The notes beneath the pieces were generated by a model that saw nothing but the letters and a program-made list of their open reading frames with translations, searched no databases and was not told the origin of the DNA. Below, piece after piece: positions 29,842 to 41,737 of a DNA stretch of 64,000 nucleotides. The DNA is from Phycisphaerales bacterium. Lineage in GTDB: Bacteria > Planctomycetota > Phycisphaerae > Phycisphaerales > UBA5793. Positions within the stretch are counted from its first letter, which is position 1, and every line of letters starts with the position of its first letter. A program made the position numbers and the translations under genes. The DNA is taken from positions 8,977 through 72,976 of the forward strand of contig JAPKGW010000006.1 of the NCBI GenBank assembly GCA_026647365.1. Reading direction: 5' to 3'.

Positions 29842-30129
29842 GGCTCTCCACTCCGAAGGGCGCCGGGGCGGCGCCGCGCAGCGATCAGCGCCGCGCGAAC
29901 GCTGCCTCTCGATGCGCTGCATCTTAAGAATAGTGCACCATTGGAACTTCGCCGCCCATTCTCGTCGAACAGGAGCGGGATTCTGCGGAACAGGGTGATT
30001 TCCCGCCCCTCGTGACACCCTCTGCTGGGGCGATGCTGGTCTCCGGAGCCGCTCGCCTGCGGCAAGGACCCGCGTGGCATCTGCGGGATCTCGCCGCCAG
30101 TTGCTGGATCACTTGCGCAAGGCCGAGGA

Positions 30130-30492
30130 TCAGTCGTGCCGGCCGCGCGCGTGGCGAAAGGCGCGGTAGATCATCAGCGCCACTCCGCTGAGCAGCAGGC
30201 CGGCGATCAGCCCGCACACGCCGCCGACAGCAGCGCCCGTGATGCGGTCGCGCGGCGAGAGCAGGGCCCCGGCGCCCACGCCAAGCGACAGACCGACCAC
30301 CACGGCGAGCAACTGCGCCAGATTGTCCCAGGGCCTGATGTTGATGCCGATGATCGTGTCGCTGACGACGTTGTAGGCTTCCAGGCCGGTGACGGGATCG
30401 GTTCGACCCCTCGCCTCGTGCCTGGCTGCCGGCGGAGGCGAAGGCGGCGGGACGGGTCCAGTCCGTGACGGCGGGTCCGCGTCGTCGATCAT
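30130..30492 (-). CDS. Small membrane protein (2 predicted TM)
   Basis: ATG at 30492. The Pro-rich N-terminus is followed by LAQLLAVVVGLSLGVGAGALL and GGVCGLIAGLLLSGVALMIY. The longer ORF version would run into the 5S terminator. Confidence 0.55.
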   Translation of the reverse strand: MIDDADPPSRTGPVPPPSPPPAARHEARGRTDPVTGLEAYNVVSDTIIGINIRPWDNLAQLLAVVVGLSLGVGAGALLSPRDRITGAAVGGVCGLIAGLLLSGVALMIYRAFRHARGRHD

Positions 30493-30621
30493 GGTGCATG
30501 GTACCAGATTCGGCGGCGCGGGGAAAGTCCGGAGGCCGTGGCAGATTTCCCCGGCGATTCGCCGCAGCGGCCCCGGCCCTTGGCGACTTCCCGCCCGCCC
30601 GGGTCGCCTGGGCTGGAGGTC

Positions 30622-30660
30622 GAATGAAACAGCCCCGCCGCCTTTAGGGCGACGGGGCTG
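30622..30660 (-). terminator. Intrinsic terminator of the 23S-5S unit
   Basis: Minus strand CAGCCCCGTCGCC-ctaaa-GGCGGCGGGGCTG (one mismatch) followed by TTTCATT, located 5 nt after the 5S 3' end. Confidence 0.7.
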
Positions 30661-30664
30661 AAGC

Positions 30665-30770
30665 GTCGGCAATGACCTACTTTCCCGCTGAGCAGTATCA
30701 TCGGCGGCCTGGGCTTAACTGCTGTGTTCGGGATGGGAACAGGTGTGGCCCCAGACCTTTGGTCACCGAC
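30665..30770 (-). rRNA. rrf: 5S rRNA (short, about 106-110 nt; ends +/-3 nt)
   Basis: The minus strand reads GTCGGTGACC...CCCATCCCGAACACAGCAGTTAAGCCC...GGGAAAGTAGGTCATTGCCGAC, with conserved loop/helix motifs and a terminal helix GTCGG/CCGAC. Confidence 0.9.
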
Positions 30771-30978
30771 AATGCACCGGCCGGGCCTTTCGGCCCGACC
30801 GGACGAAGTGACAAGGAAGAGAGTTGAGAACGCGCGTCATCGAAGAACGAAATCGCGGATGACCATTTGCACGCGATGGGCGTGCGGCCTTCCGGCTCCG
30901 GTCACTCCTGCGCTGAGGGAGGGCTGCAACGAGGCAGGCCTCACTGAGGCAGGGAGCGTGACACGGGCGCGGGTCGGC

Positions 30979-33794
<2,816 letters not shown>

Positions 33795-34119
33795 AGACCG
33801 ACCTGGACCCGTGCCGAATCACTCCGACACGAAAACCGGATCGCCCGCCAGCGCGGAGGCTTTTGCGCACCTCCGCTGTCTCGAACCATCGCCCCGCCGA
33901 CGCTTTCGCGCCGCCGAACCGATGCTCCAGGACCGCCCACCTGTCGTGCAATGACAGGTCATCTCGAGATTTCAGAACTCGATGATCTTGATCGCAGCGC
34001 CCGGAAAAAGCGCTGCAATCCACGCGTTCTCAAACTCACTTGTCAAAGAGCGACTGAAGCCTTCGACCGCCTTGCGGCCGTGCTTCAGGACATTCCCGCC
34101 CCGTTCAGGGGCAGAAGAG

Positions 34120-34147
34120 ATAATAGCCCCCTCCCCGCTGCCGTCAA
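34120..34147 (-). promoter_or_regulatory. Sigma70-like promoter for the 23S-5S unit
   Basis: Minus strand TTGACG (34147..34142), 16-nt spacer, TATTAT (34125..34120). A second TTGACT lies 20 nt further upstream. About 325 nt upstream of the mature 23S 5' end. Confidence 0.55.
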
Positions 34148-34230
34148 GCCCGGCAGGAAAGTCAAGCGGCGGATTTCTCTCTGCCTTCACCGCCGTCGCA
34201 GAGCCCGGCACTTCGCCTCCCAGGGAGCCG

Positions 34231-34270
34231 AAAAGTGGCCCGAGGCCGGCGGAAATACCCGTCGGCCTCG
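34231..34270 (-). terminator. Possible terminator between the pilMN-type operon and the rRNA promoter
   Basis: 8-bp GC stem CGAGGCCG/CGGCCTCG (34241..34270) with a 14-nt loop, followed on the minus strand by GGCCACTTTTC. Confidence 0.35.
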
Positions 34271-34294
34271 GCGCAAGTCCTTGTGGCGCAAGGA

Positions 34295-36292
34295 TCAAGT
34301 GCGGGTTGCCAGCGACCGCAGTCGCTGCCGCTCCTCCTCTCGCCTCGGGTCGCTCGGGTCGATTACCTCGATCGACCCGTCGGGCATAGCAACCACGACA
34401 AGCACCTTCTGATTCAGGGCTGAACCCCCATCGACCAGCACCACGTCAAGGAGCGTGGCGCCGGTGAAGAAGTCCACCTCGAGAGGCTGCCCGCCCGGCT
34501 CAGCAGAGGGAAGTGTCCTCCGCTCGCCGATCTGTTCGCCGGGCCGGCACGAAACGGCGATAACGCGGTGTACGCCTCGCGTGAAGGAAAAGACCTCGAA
34601 ACTGGCGCTTCGCTCGTCGATCTGCTCGTTGTGAATGCCGTTGACGGCGAAGAACTGCTGCGGCAGCGTAACGCGCACCGGCTCGGACCACGCGGACCAT
34701 TCCGAGGTGACGATGGCCGACCGGGCGAGGTCCTGCTGCGACTCCGAGAGCCGCGACTCTCGCCCGAAGAACGGGTTGTAGAGTCCGACGGCGAGGCGAT
34801 AGCGATAGGTCGTGCCAGGCTTGGCGGAGATGTCGTGCCACCAGACGCGAACCGCAGGGTTCTCGAAAAGCCCCTTGACGGCCGCGATCTGTCCAGGCGA
34901 CTTTCCGCCCGATGGTGGAGGCGGAGCCTTGCCGCCGCCGCCTCCCTCCATGCCCCAGCCTCCCCCTTCCCCATGCTCGGTACTGGGCTGGGGGGGCTGG
35001 TCAGGTCGAAGCGGCCCCTTGCCGTCCGGCGGAGGACCGAACGGAGAAGGGCCGGTCGAGCCAGTGGGCGATGCCACGGCGTCCGGGAAGCCGGTGTAAT
35101 CCGGATCGAGATCGAGAAGCGACTTCTTGGCGGCCTCATAGGTCTCGCGTGCTTTGGCGATGCGCTCGTCGAGTCGTCGTCGAGCGGTCTCCTCCGGCGT
35201 TTCGCGCGGCCGCAGCTCCTTGTCGGGTTTTTCCGGCGCGGAGGGGACGCCGCCGCCTTCCATGCCGCCGCCCTTGCCCGGGCCACCTCCTGAATCGGTC
35301 GGCCGACTGGTCGGCTGCGATTCCTTCTGCTTGAGAAAGCGATTCAGGCTGTCCTGAGCACGCTCGACCTCACGCCAGGCGGCCCTCATGCGCCGCTCGG
35401 CATCGAGCACCTCGGGACTCTTCGGAACCGTTCGCTTGACCAGGTCAAAGGACCACGGTGTGCCGTCCGCAAGACTGTAGAAGCCCGGCTGGTAGAGCGA
35501 TGCGCCGTAGGTTACGGTCTCGGCCAGCAGTTCGTCCTTGGCGCGCGTGGCGGCGGCAAGCGTGGCGAGGCGGTCACGCACACTTACCTGCCCCGGAATA
35601 GGACTGAGGACTTCGGCGCTCGACCACGTTCCATCGGGAAGCAGGTGCTGGCGCTCGACGACGACGTCGAGGATCGCCATGTCCTGGTCCACCCACTGGG
35701 CCGGAATGGGCTTGCGGCCCTCGACGAATCCGGAGAGGGATGAGCGCAGTGCGGTTCCGTCAAACTCCGCGGAGATGTGCACGGCATTGAGGTCGAAGGG
35801 AGGCGATGACGCAAAACGACGAGCAAGGTCAGGCTGCGCCTCGACCTCCACGGGATCGATTGTGTAGTTGACCGAGGAGGCCTGGAGATTGACGGGTGCC
35901 GGAGCGCGTACTTCGGCGTACATCTCAGTCGCGGTACTGATGATGCTGTTGCCTTCGGCGCCGAGTTTGAAAGCGACGGGCGCGACGAGTGCAATGGAGG
36001 GCGCCCTGTCGTCCCCGCGCTGCCGGTACTGTCCCTCAAGCCAATCGGTGAGGCGGTCCGGCGCCGGGACATCGAGCGAAGTCGGGCTTTCGATCTTCGC
36101 CTTGAGGTTTCTCGCCTTCTCCGCGAGCACCTGGTCCACGGCCGAAGGGCTGTGGGACGCGGTGCCAAGGGTAACTGCATTGGGATCGGTGAAGAAGGCC
36201 TTGCCGGCGATGGCGATGACAATGACGCCCGCGACGCCGATGACGACCTTCTCCACGTGCTGCTCGAAGAAGTTGATGCCTTTGGGTTTCAT
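34295..36292 (-). CDS. Bitopic envelope protein, 665 aa (gene 3 of PilMN-led operon), unknown family
   Basis: ATG at 36292. N-terminal TM VVIGVAGVIVIAIAG. Charged helical segments, two G/P/M/E-rich linkers (GKGGGMEGGG and GGGWGMEGGGGG), and a beta-rich C-terminal region (VRVWWHDISAKPGTTYRYRLAV). Confidence 0.85.
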   Translation of the reverse strand: MKPKGINFFEQHVEKVVIGVAGVIVIAIAGKAFFTDPNAVTLGTASHSPSAVDQVLAEKARNLKAKIESPTSLDVPAPDRLTDWLEGQYRQRGDDRAPSIALVAPVAFKLGAEGNSIISTATEMYAEVRAPAPVNLQASSVNYTIDPVEVEAQPDLARRFASSPPFDLNAVHISAEFDGTALRSSLSGFVEGRKPIPAQWVDQDMAILDVVVERQHLLPDGTWSSAEVLSPIPGQVSVRDRLATLAAATRAKDELLAETVTYGASLYQPGFYSLADGTPWSFDLVKRTVPKSPEVLDAERRMRAAWREVERAQDSLNRFLKQKESQPTSRPTDSGGGPGKGGGMEGGGVPSAPEKPDKELRPRETPEETARRRLDERIAKARETYEAAKKSLLDLDPDYTGFPDAVASPTGSTGPSPFGPPPDGKGPLRPDQPPQPSTEHGEGGGWGMEGGGGGKAPPPPSGGKSPGQIAAVKGLFENPAVRVWWHDISAKPGTTYRYRLAVGLYNPFFGRESRLSESQQDLARSAIVTSEWSAWSEPVRVTLPQQFFAVNGIHNEQIDERSASFEVFSFTRGVHRVIAVSCRPGEQIGERRTLPSAEPGGQPLEVDFFTGATLLDVVLVDGGSALNQKVLVVVAMPDGSIEVIDPSDPRREEERQRLRSLATRT

Positions 36293-36336
36293 GGTGGAAT
36301 CTGCCTTTCGGAGGCATTTGATGCTATTGGTTTGAC

Positions 36337-37782
36337 TCAGCCTTGCGGCGACTTCTCCTGGATGCCGAAATGCTCCCGCACGATCGGGGGCATGAGATCG
36401 ACGGTCCAGTCGCGCAGCCAGAGCGATTCGATGTCGAGTTCAACCAGAATGACGGGATCGGCGCCGTAGTAGAAGCCTTGTGCCAATTCCGCCGTCACGT
36501 CCACGGGCATCGACCGGAACCCGACGACGCTCATGAAGTTGGTGGTGTGAAAGGCGTCGAAGAGGTGCTGAAGACGACGGCTGTCCACCACGAGCGTGAC
36601 CTTGACAGTCCGCATGTCGTAGAGGCCTGTCCGGGCCGACCGTCCGCTGATCGACTTGGAGTAATCCGTCGGGAAAGGCTGGTTCGGATCTGCATAAGAG
36701 GTCGCGCTCGGGGCGGCAGCAGAGCCGGATGAACTCGACCCTCGCTCATTCGAAGGCGTTTCGAAAGCGCCCATCTTGGAAAACGAGACGCCCTCCATGC
36801 CGCCTTCCATCCCGCCGAAGCCGCCTTCCATTCCGCCAAAACCGCCTTCCGGAGCGCCGGAGGGCGCCTGCTCGGTGGCGCGGCGGACGCTCTCCTCGGT
36901 CACCGAAGTCGGATAGAGGCGTTCGGGAAGGATGTTGACAATGCGCTTGACGACGCTGGACGGATCGCCGAATACGGGCGTTCGCTCTCCATCGACGGTG
37001 TTGGCGCGGCGGATGGCGGCCATGATGTCCGAGTTGAGCCAGTAGGTGTGCTGCCACTCATACCAGCGGAACTTGTCGGGCGCCTTCTGATCAGGCCAGG
37101 GGTCGAGGTTGAAGACGCGGATGTCGGCGAAGACGGAATGCTCCTGGGCCGCCTGGGCGTAGATGGCCAGGCGCCGTGCCGTCATCGCCTCGCGCAGTTT
37201 TGTGCGCTCCGTGTCCGTGAGCGTGACTTCGGACCCGACGTTGAACTGCGTCCGCCTGAAGTTGCGCTCGAACTCGATGAGTTGCTCCTGAACGAGTTCA
37301 GGCGCGAGGGGCATTCCGGCGCCGCTGTTGCGGAGCAGATCTTCGTGCGAGCGGATGTACGCGCCGTGGATGCGGAACGGCAGTTCGTTCATCTGAACGC
37401 GCGAAGGCTCGGGCAGCAGTCCGGGCACGAGTTGCGTCTCCTTGCCGGCGCGGTTCACATCGACGACCCAGCGCTCCAGAGCAGTGGCGTCCGCCTTGAT
37501 CGCCTGCCGGACCGCCTGGTACTCCTCGAGCATCCGCGCATTGAGCGCCATGCTGGTTTCGACCGACCGAGCGCCGGGTGCGAGCGGCTTGACGACGATC
37601 TGCGCCGATGAGACGCGAGTCATCCGCTGGTCCTGCTCGTTGACGCGCTTCTTGATTTCGTTGGCGATCGAAGCATTCCACGAACTGCTCGCGTAGAGCA
37701 CGACGGGAAGGACGATTACGGCAATGGCGCACATGATCACGATGATCAGATGGGCCTTGATCCAGTTGAGAATCGGTGTCAT
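36337..37782 (-). CDS. Bitopic envelope protein, 481 aa (gene 2 of PilMN-led operon), unknown family
   Basis: ATG at 37782, 3 nt after the upstream stop (TGAccATG), with gaggaggg upstream. TM IKAHLIIVIMCAIAVIVLPVVLY. Linker EGGFGGMEGGFGGMEGGMEG. Confidence 0.85.
   Translation of the reverse strand: MTPILNWIKAHLIIVIMCAIAVIVLPVVLYASSSWNASIANEIKKRVNEQDQRMTRVSSAQIVVKPLAPGARSVETSMALNARMLEEYQAVRQAIKADATALERWVVDVNRAGKETQLVPGLLPEPSRVQMNELPFRIHGAYIRSHEDLLRNSGAGMPLAPELVQEQLIEFERNFRRTQFNVGSEVTLTDTERTKLREAMTARRLAIYAQAAQEHSVFADIRVFNLDPWPDQKAPDKFRWYEWQHTYWLNSDIMAAIRRANTVDGERTPVFGDPSSVVKRIVNILPERLYPTSVTEESVRRATEQAPSGAPEGGFGGMEGGFGGMEGGMEGVSFSKMGAFETPSNERGSSSSGSAAAPSATSYADPNQPFPTDYSKSISGRSARTGLYDMRTVKVTLVVDSRRLQHLFDAFHTTNFMSVVGFRSMPVDVTAELAQGFYYGADPVILVELDIESLWLRDWTVDLMPPIVREHFGIQEKSPQG
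36787..36850 (-). repeat. Imperfect tandem 21-nt coding repeat (FGGMEGG units)
   Basis: Plus strand gccgccttccatcccgccgaa (36799..36819) and gccgccttccattccgccaaa (36820..36840), plus partial copies on each side. Confidence 0.75.
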
Positions 37783-37784
37783 GG

Positions 37785-39800
37785 TCAGTTGCCCTCCTCG
37801 TTGGAGCCGGCTGATGAATCGGTCGCCGCCTTGGACAGGTCGACGAGTTGAATGGTCCACGCCACCTCGACCTGGTAGTACTCGGTGTCGGGAGGAAGAG
37901 TGGCGGCGGGCTGGGGCAGTGGCGCAAGCGAGTCCAGGTTGAGGCCGCCGCCGAAACTGCGCATTCCGGGCGACTGGAAGCCTTCTCCCATGGGAGCGAA
38001 CCCTTCTCCCATGGGCGTCTCCATGCCGCCCTTGCCCAAGCCGCCATGCTCGAAATCGCGCTCGCCGCCGCCGGGGCGGGCGCTCGGGCGGCCTGCGCCG
38101 CCGGGAGTGTCGACCGCCGGCGGGGTGCGGAACGAGTCGCGGCGCAACGTCTCAGGCCGTGCGCCCGGCTCGTCCTTGCTGACGATCCGATAGGGCAGGC
38201 CGGGCCGCTCGGCATTCTTCTCGAGCCACTGAATGACCGAACGGTTCACCAGCGCGACGCTGTCGCGGTTGCTCGTCTCGACCCTCATGCGCAGGCGAAG
38301 GCGAGGCATGGCCTCATCGCCGCGAGGCGGAATGTAGGTGTACTCGAGGCTCTTGAGTTCGAGCAGCTGCCTCTGGGCAGGCGGAATCGAGTTGATCTTC
38401 TCGGGATCGCCGCTGAGCAGTTCGGGCTGAGGCTTTGCCTCCGCCAGCATGGCCGCGACGTCGGCGAGGACGTTGGGCCACACATCGCGGCCCGCGATCA
38501 TCCCGCGGATGTTGAGCGGCTTGGCCGTGATGTCCGTCTCCTGCGTGATCTTGTCGAAGTCCGTCTTCAGGTTCGTCGCCTCGCGGATGATCGGCTCGAT
38601 CTGATCGCGGTACTCCGTGGGCTGGCGGGTGTACTTGCCGTCCAGCATCGGTTGCGCGAAGGCGATCATCGAGCCGAAAACCACCATGGCGGCCGCGGCG
38701 CCGAACCACTTGATCTTCTGCCCCCACAGGCGGTCCCGTACGACGCTGACCGGGATGAGATTGACGTCGATCGCGGCCATTCCCAGGCCCTGGAGCGCCA
38801 GGCCGTACGCCGTCGCCATGTTGAGAATGTGCTCGGCAAACTGTGGATTGTCACCGGTCCTGAGGCGCTTGAACTCGTCAAGGCGGGAGATGTCCATCTG
38901 CACCTGCTGGCTGAGGAACTTGCGCAGGCCGGGAAGGCGGAAGGTCGAGCCGACGCCGATGAGGCGCGTCAGGTTCGCTTCGCGGTGCAGAGACTGGTAG
39001 TACCCGATCGACCGCTGCACATCCTGCGCGAGGTCGGCGAAGACGGGGCGCATGGCTGAGAGGATCTGCCGTCGATACTTGCTCGTCTGCGCCTCGGACT
39101 TCAGTTTCTCCGCCTTGCTGTAGGTGAGTTTGAAGGAACTGATGAGCGCTTCGGTGAAGTTGTGCCCGCCGATGGGGAATGTGCGGATCCACGTGCGCCC
39201 GCCCTCGGCAATGATGAGGTCGGTGCTCGTCGTGCCGATGTCGAGAATGATCGTGCCCGGCGATGAAGGCCCGAGGTCGAGGTCATATTGAAGGGCGTTG
39301 AAGACGGCGACGGGAGAAATCGTCAGGCCGTCGGGTGCCAGCCCGAGTTCGCCGTAGAGATTGAGGCGGGCCTGCACCGCGCCCTTGGTGATGGCGAAGA
39401 TGCCCACTTCAACTTCGGGAGTTTCCTCGCTCGTGAACGTTTCATAATCCCACTCCACTTCCTCGATGGGGAAGGGAATCTGCTGCACCGCCTCGAACTT
39501 GACGATGTCGGGAACTTTCTTCGGCTCGACCGGGGGCAACTTGGCGAATCGGGCAAACGCGCCATTGCCGGGAACCGAGATCAGGATCGGCCCCTGCCGC
39601 ATGTCCGGCTGCTGGCTCATGAACTGTCCGATGGCGAGGCGGATCATTTCATCCGAATCGACATCGGGCGTTGAGAGCACTTTCTTGTGCGGGATGAAGG
39701 CGAAGTCCGCGAGGGTCACGTCGTCGCCGCTGCGCTCGAGGCGCACGGCTTTGAAGGCATGAGAGCCGATCTCGATGCCCCAGGCGCTTGAACTGGCCAT
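37785..39800 (-). CDS. pilM: PilM (actin-like ATPase) fused to a PilN-like TM/periplasmic region
   Basis: ATG at 39800 preceded by aaggag at -7. WGIEIGSHAFKAVRLE and ILDIGTTSTDLII (actin-fold phosphate motifs), then VNLIP plus TM KIKWFGAAAAMVVFGSMIAF (PilN signature), then ~290 aa more with a GGMETPMGEGFAPMGEGF linker. Confidence 0.88.
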   Translation of the reverse strand: MASSSAWGIEIGSHAFKAVRLERSGDDVTLADFAFIPHKKVLSTPDVDSDEMIRLAIGQFMSQQPDMRQGPILISVPGNGAFARFAKLPPVEPKKVPDIVKFEAVQQIPFPIEEVEWDYETFTSEETPEVEVGIFAITKGAVQARLNLYGELGLAPDGLTISPVAVFNALQYDLDLGPSSPGTIILDIGTTSTDLIIAEGGRTWIRTFPIGGHNFTEALISSFKLTYSKAEKLKSEAQTSKYRRQILSAMRPVFADLAQDVQRSIGYYQSLHREANLTRLIGVGSTFRLPGLRKFLSQQVQMDISRLDEFKRLRTGDNPQFAEHILNMATAYGLALQGLGMAAIDVNLIPVSVVRDRLWGQKIKWFGAAAAMVVFGSMIAFAQPMLDGKYTRQPTEYRDQIEPIIREATNLKTDFDKITQETDITAKPLNIRGMIAGRDVWPNVLADVAAMLAEAKPQPELLSGDPEKINSIPPAQRQLLELKSLEYTYIPPRGDEAMPRLRLRMRVETSNRDSVALVNRSVIQWLEKNAERPGLPYRIVSKDEPGARPETLRRDSFRTPPAVDTPGGAGRPSARPGGGERDFEHGGLGKGGMETPMGEGFAPMGEGFQSPGMRSFGGGLNLDSLAPLPQPAATLPPDTEYYQVEVAWTIQLVDLSKAATDSSAGSNEEGN

Positions 39801-40468
39801 GAGCCAACTCCTTTGCGTCAAGGTTGCGTATGAAGCATGGGCTGCGGCCCCGAGGGCTGCATGGACCTGCTTCGCATGGCCGGCACGACCACGACGCGGG
39901 TTCAGTTTTTCTGTGAATCACACCGTCTTTCAGCCTCTGCCAGAGGTCAGACATTCGTCGTCGAGTTGGCTGGGAGCCGAATCCGATCCACCGGCTGCTG
40001 TTCACCTGGGCATCGGCCAAAGGCCGACGGGCAGGGCAGAGGCAGAGGGCGAATCACATGTTCGGCGGGCAGCGCTCGAGAAACTCCTGTCGGAGGTCTG
40101 GATGCCGGGAGGCCCGTACCGCGTGGGCAGGCCCGGAAACGATCCGGGGGACCCACTACCAGGATCACCACGCATGGTGATCGGTCGCACATCCTTTCTG
40201 GCCCGCACGGCGCGACTCTTGAATCGCCTCGGGCCGCTCGTCCGCCGCCCAGAGGTTCCCGCAACACACGGAAAAGGCTGGTCGGCCCCGAAACCCACAT
40301 GCACGCTCGCCGAGAGGCGGGCGAACACCTGGGGGCTGTCTTCTCACTATTAGAACGGCCTCGACCGCCGGTTGCAAGCGATTCCCGAAGAAAATCTGCA
40401 AAATCTGCAGGAGCCAGGACGGCTGGACGACTCCGCCACCCGTTCTCCTCGTGGCACACCCGCTGCCT

Positions 40469-41350
40469 TCATCGCTCGGCAATCACGTATGCGACCCACC
40501 CGGCGCAGACCTCGCCCCTGGAGGTCGGGCGGAAGATGCCGTTGCCTTCGCCCTTCCTGTCGGACCCTTCCCAGTAGACCGTACTACGCGCAAAGCCGGC
40601 CTCGAGAAGGAGTTCGCGTATCTCGGCGATCGACCAGAGGCGCCAATCGTACGTGAACGCCCTGTTCAACGCGGTCCCGTCGGGAAAGCGGAAGTGAATG
40701 TGGCAGAGAGTTTCGCTGGTGATGGGATTGAAGGCAGCCTGATCCCAGACGTAGGTGAAGCCGGCGAACTTGCGCGGCTCCTCCATGACGTCCTGCGCTT
40801 CGTACCCGCCGTAGCAATCAAGATACAGCACGCCGTCGGAAACCAGTGCCCGCCGCGCCGCGCGGAAGTATTCGAGAAGCCGCGCCCGCGTCTTGAAGAT
40901 GAAGTAACTGAAGTTGAAGGCGGCAACGAGATCGACTTCGCCTGCCCGCACGCGCGTCACATCATCACGGATCAGCTCGACGCGAGTGCGCTCTTCAGGC
41001 GTAAGCCAGGAGAGGTTGTGGGCGATGGCCCAGGCGAGAGTTCCGGCGTCGAGATCGACGCCGATGGCCCGGCGCGTTCGGCGGCTGCGGGCCCACGTGC
41101 ATGCGAGGAATGCCGTGCCGCAGAAGTCTTCACGCAGAACCTCCGGCGATCGGCCTCGCAAGGTGCGGAAGGTGCGATCAATAAATGCGACCTCGGCCTC
41201 CGGGCTTTGCACGGCCCGTTCGTAGAGTTGATGCGGGTCCGCCGTCGCCGCCGTCTGCACAGCACGGCGCCGGCTTCGGCCCGGTCGCCCCCGACGTCGC
41301 CCGCGCGATCGCACCGATTCTCGCCCGCTCGTTCGGCTCTCCTGTGGCAT
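40469..41350 (-). CDS. Class I SAM-dependent methyltransferase
   Basis: Only the C-terminal 293 aa of the 827-aa ORF is used (ATG at 41350). VLREDFCGTA.. / AIGVDLD (motif I region) / LVAAFNFSYF / GVLYLDCYGG. The upstream part of the ORF is antisense to smc. Confidence 0.8.
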   Translation of the reverse strand: MPQESRTSGRESVRSRGRRRGRPGRSRRRAVQTAATADPHQLYERAVQSPEAEVAFIDRTFRTLRGRSPEVLREDFCGTAFLACTWARSRRTRRAIGVDLDAGTLAWAIAHNLSWLTPEERTRVELIRDDVTRVRAGEVDLVAAFNFSYFIFKTRARLLEYFRAARRALVSDGVLYLDCYGGYEAQDVMEEPRKFAGFTYVWDQAAFNPITSETLCHIHFRFPDGTALNRAFTYDWRLWSIAEIRELLLEAGFARSTVYWEGSDRKGEGNGIFRPTSRGEVCAGWVAYVIAER

Positions 41351-41737
41351 GGGGGGCAAGTGTAGCCCACATGCCTTTGAAACACGGCGAGGCGAAGCCG
41401 CGCGTGAACGGATGCGTGGCGCCGCGCCGTGGCACGTTGACAGGATGCCCAGCGGGCGATCGGAGACGATCAAGGGAACGGAACATGTCGGCAGCCGCGG
41501 CGGGTCGGCCGCTTGCGCCATCGCATCCCGCACTGCTCTGCTCCAGTGAAGTCGAAGCGCCGAGGCGTCGACGCTGCGGGTCTTTTTGTGTTGTGGAACG
41601 ACCTCGGACCGATACCATATCCTCTGGGGCGGCTCGCCCCGGCGCGGCAGGGAGGGCCGGTGGAGTTGCCGGCGAAAGCCAATCCCCCGCAGGTCATTGA
41701 ACGGCCGACGGTTGGACATGGAGGTCTTACCACAATC

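Noticed and set aside
34018-34046. Second rRNA promoter candidate, minus strand TTGACA (34046..34041).
   Set aside because: The best -10 at a 17-18 nt spacing is GTGGAT/TGGATT, a poor match. The TTGACG-N16-TATTAT candidate at 34120..34147 was kept instead.
41550-41600. GCGTCGACGC palindrome followed by gggtctttttgtgttg, a possible sRNA terminator upstream of smc.
   Set aside because: Only a 10-nt self-complementary core with no convincing extended stem. It could equally be part of the smc or methyltransferase promoter region. Not supportable without expression data.
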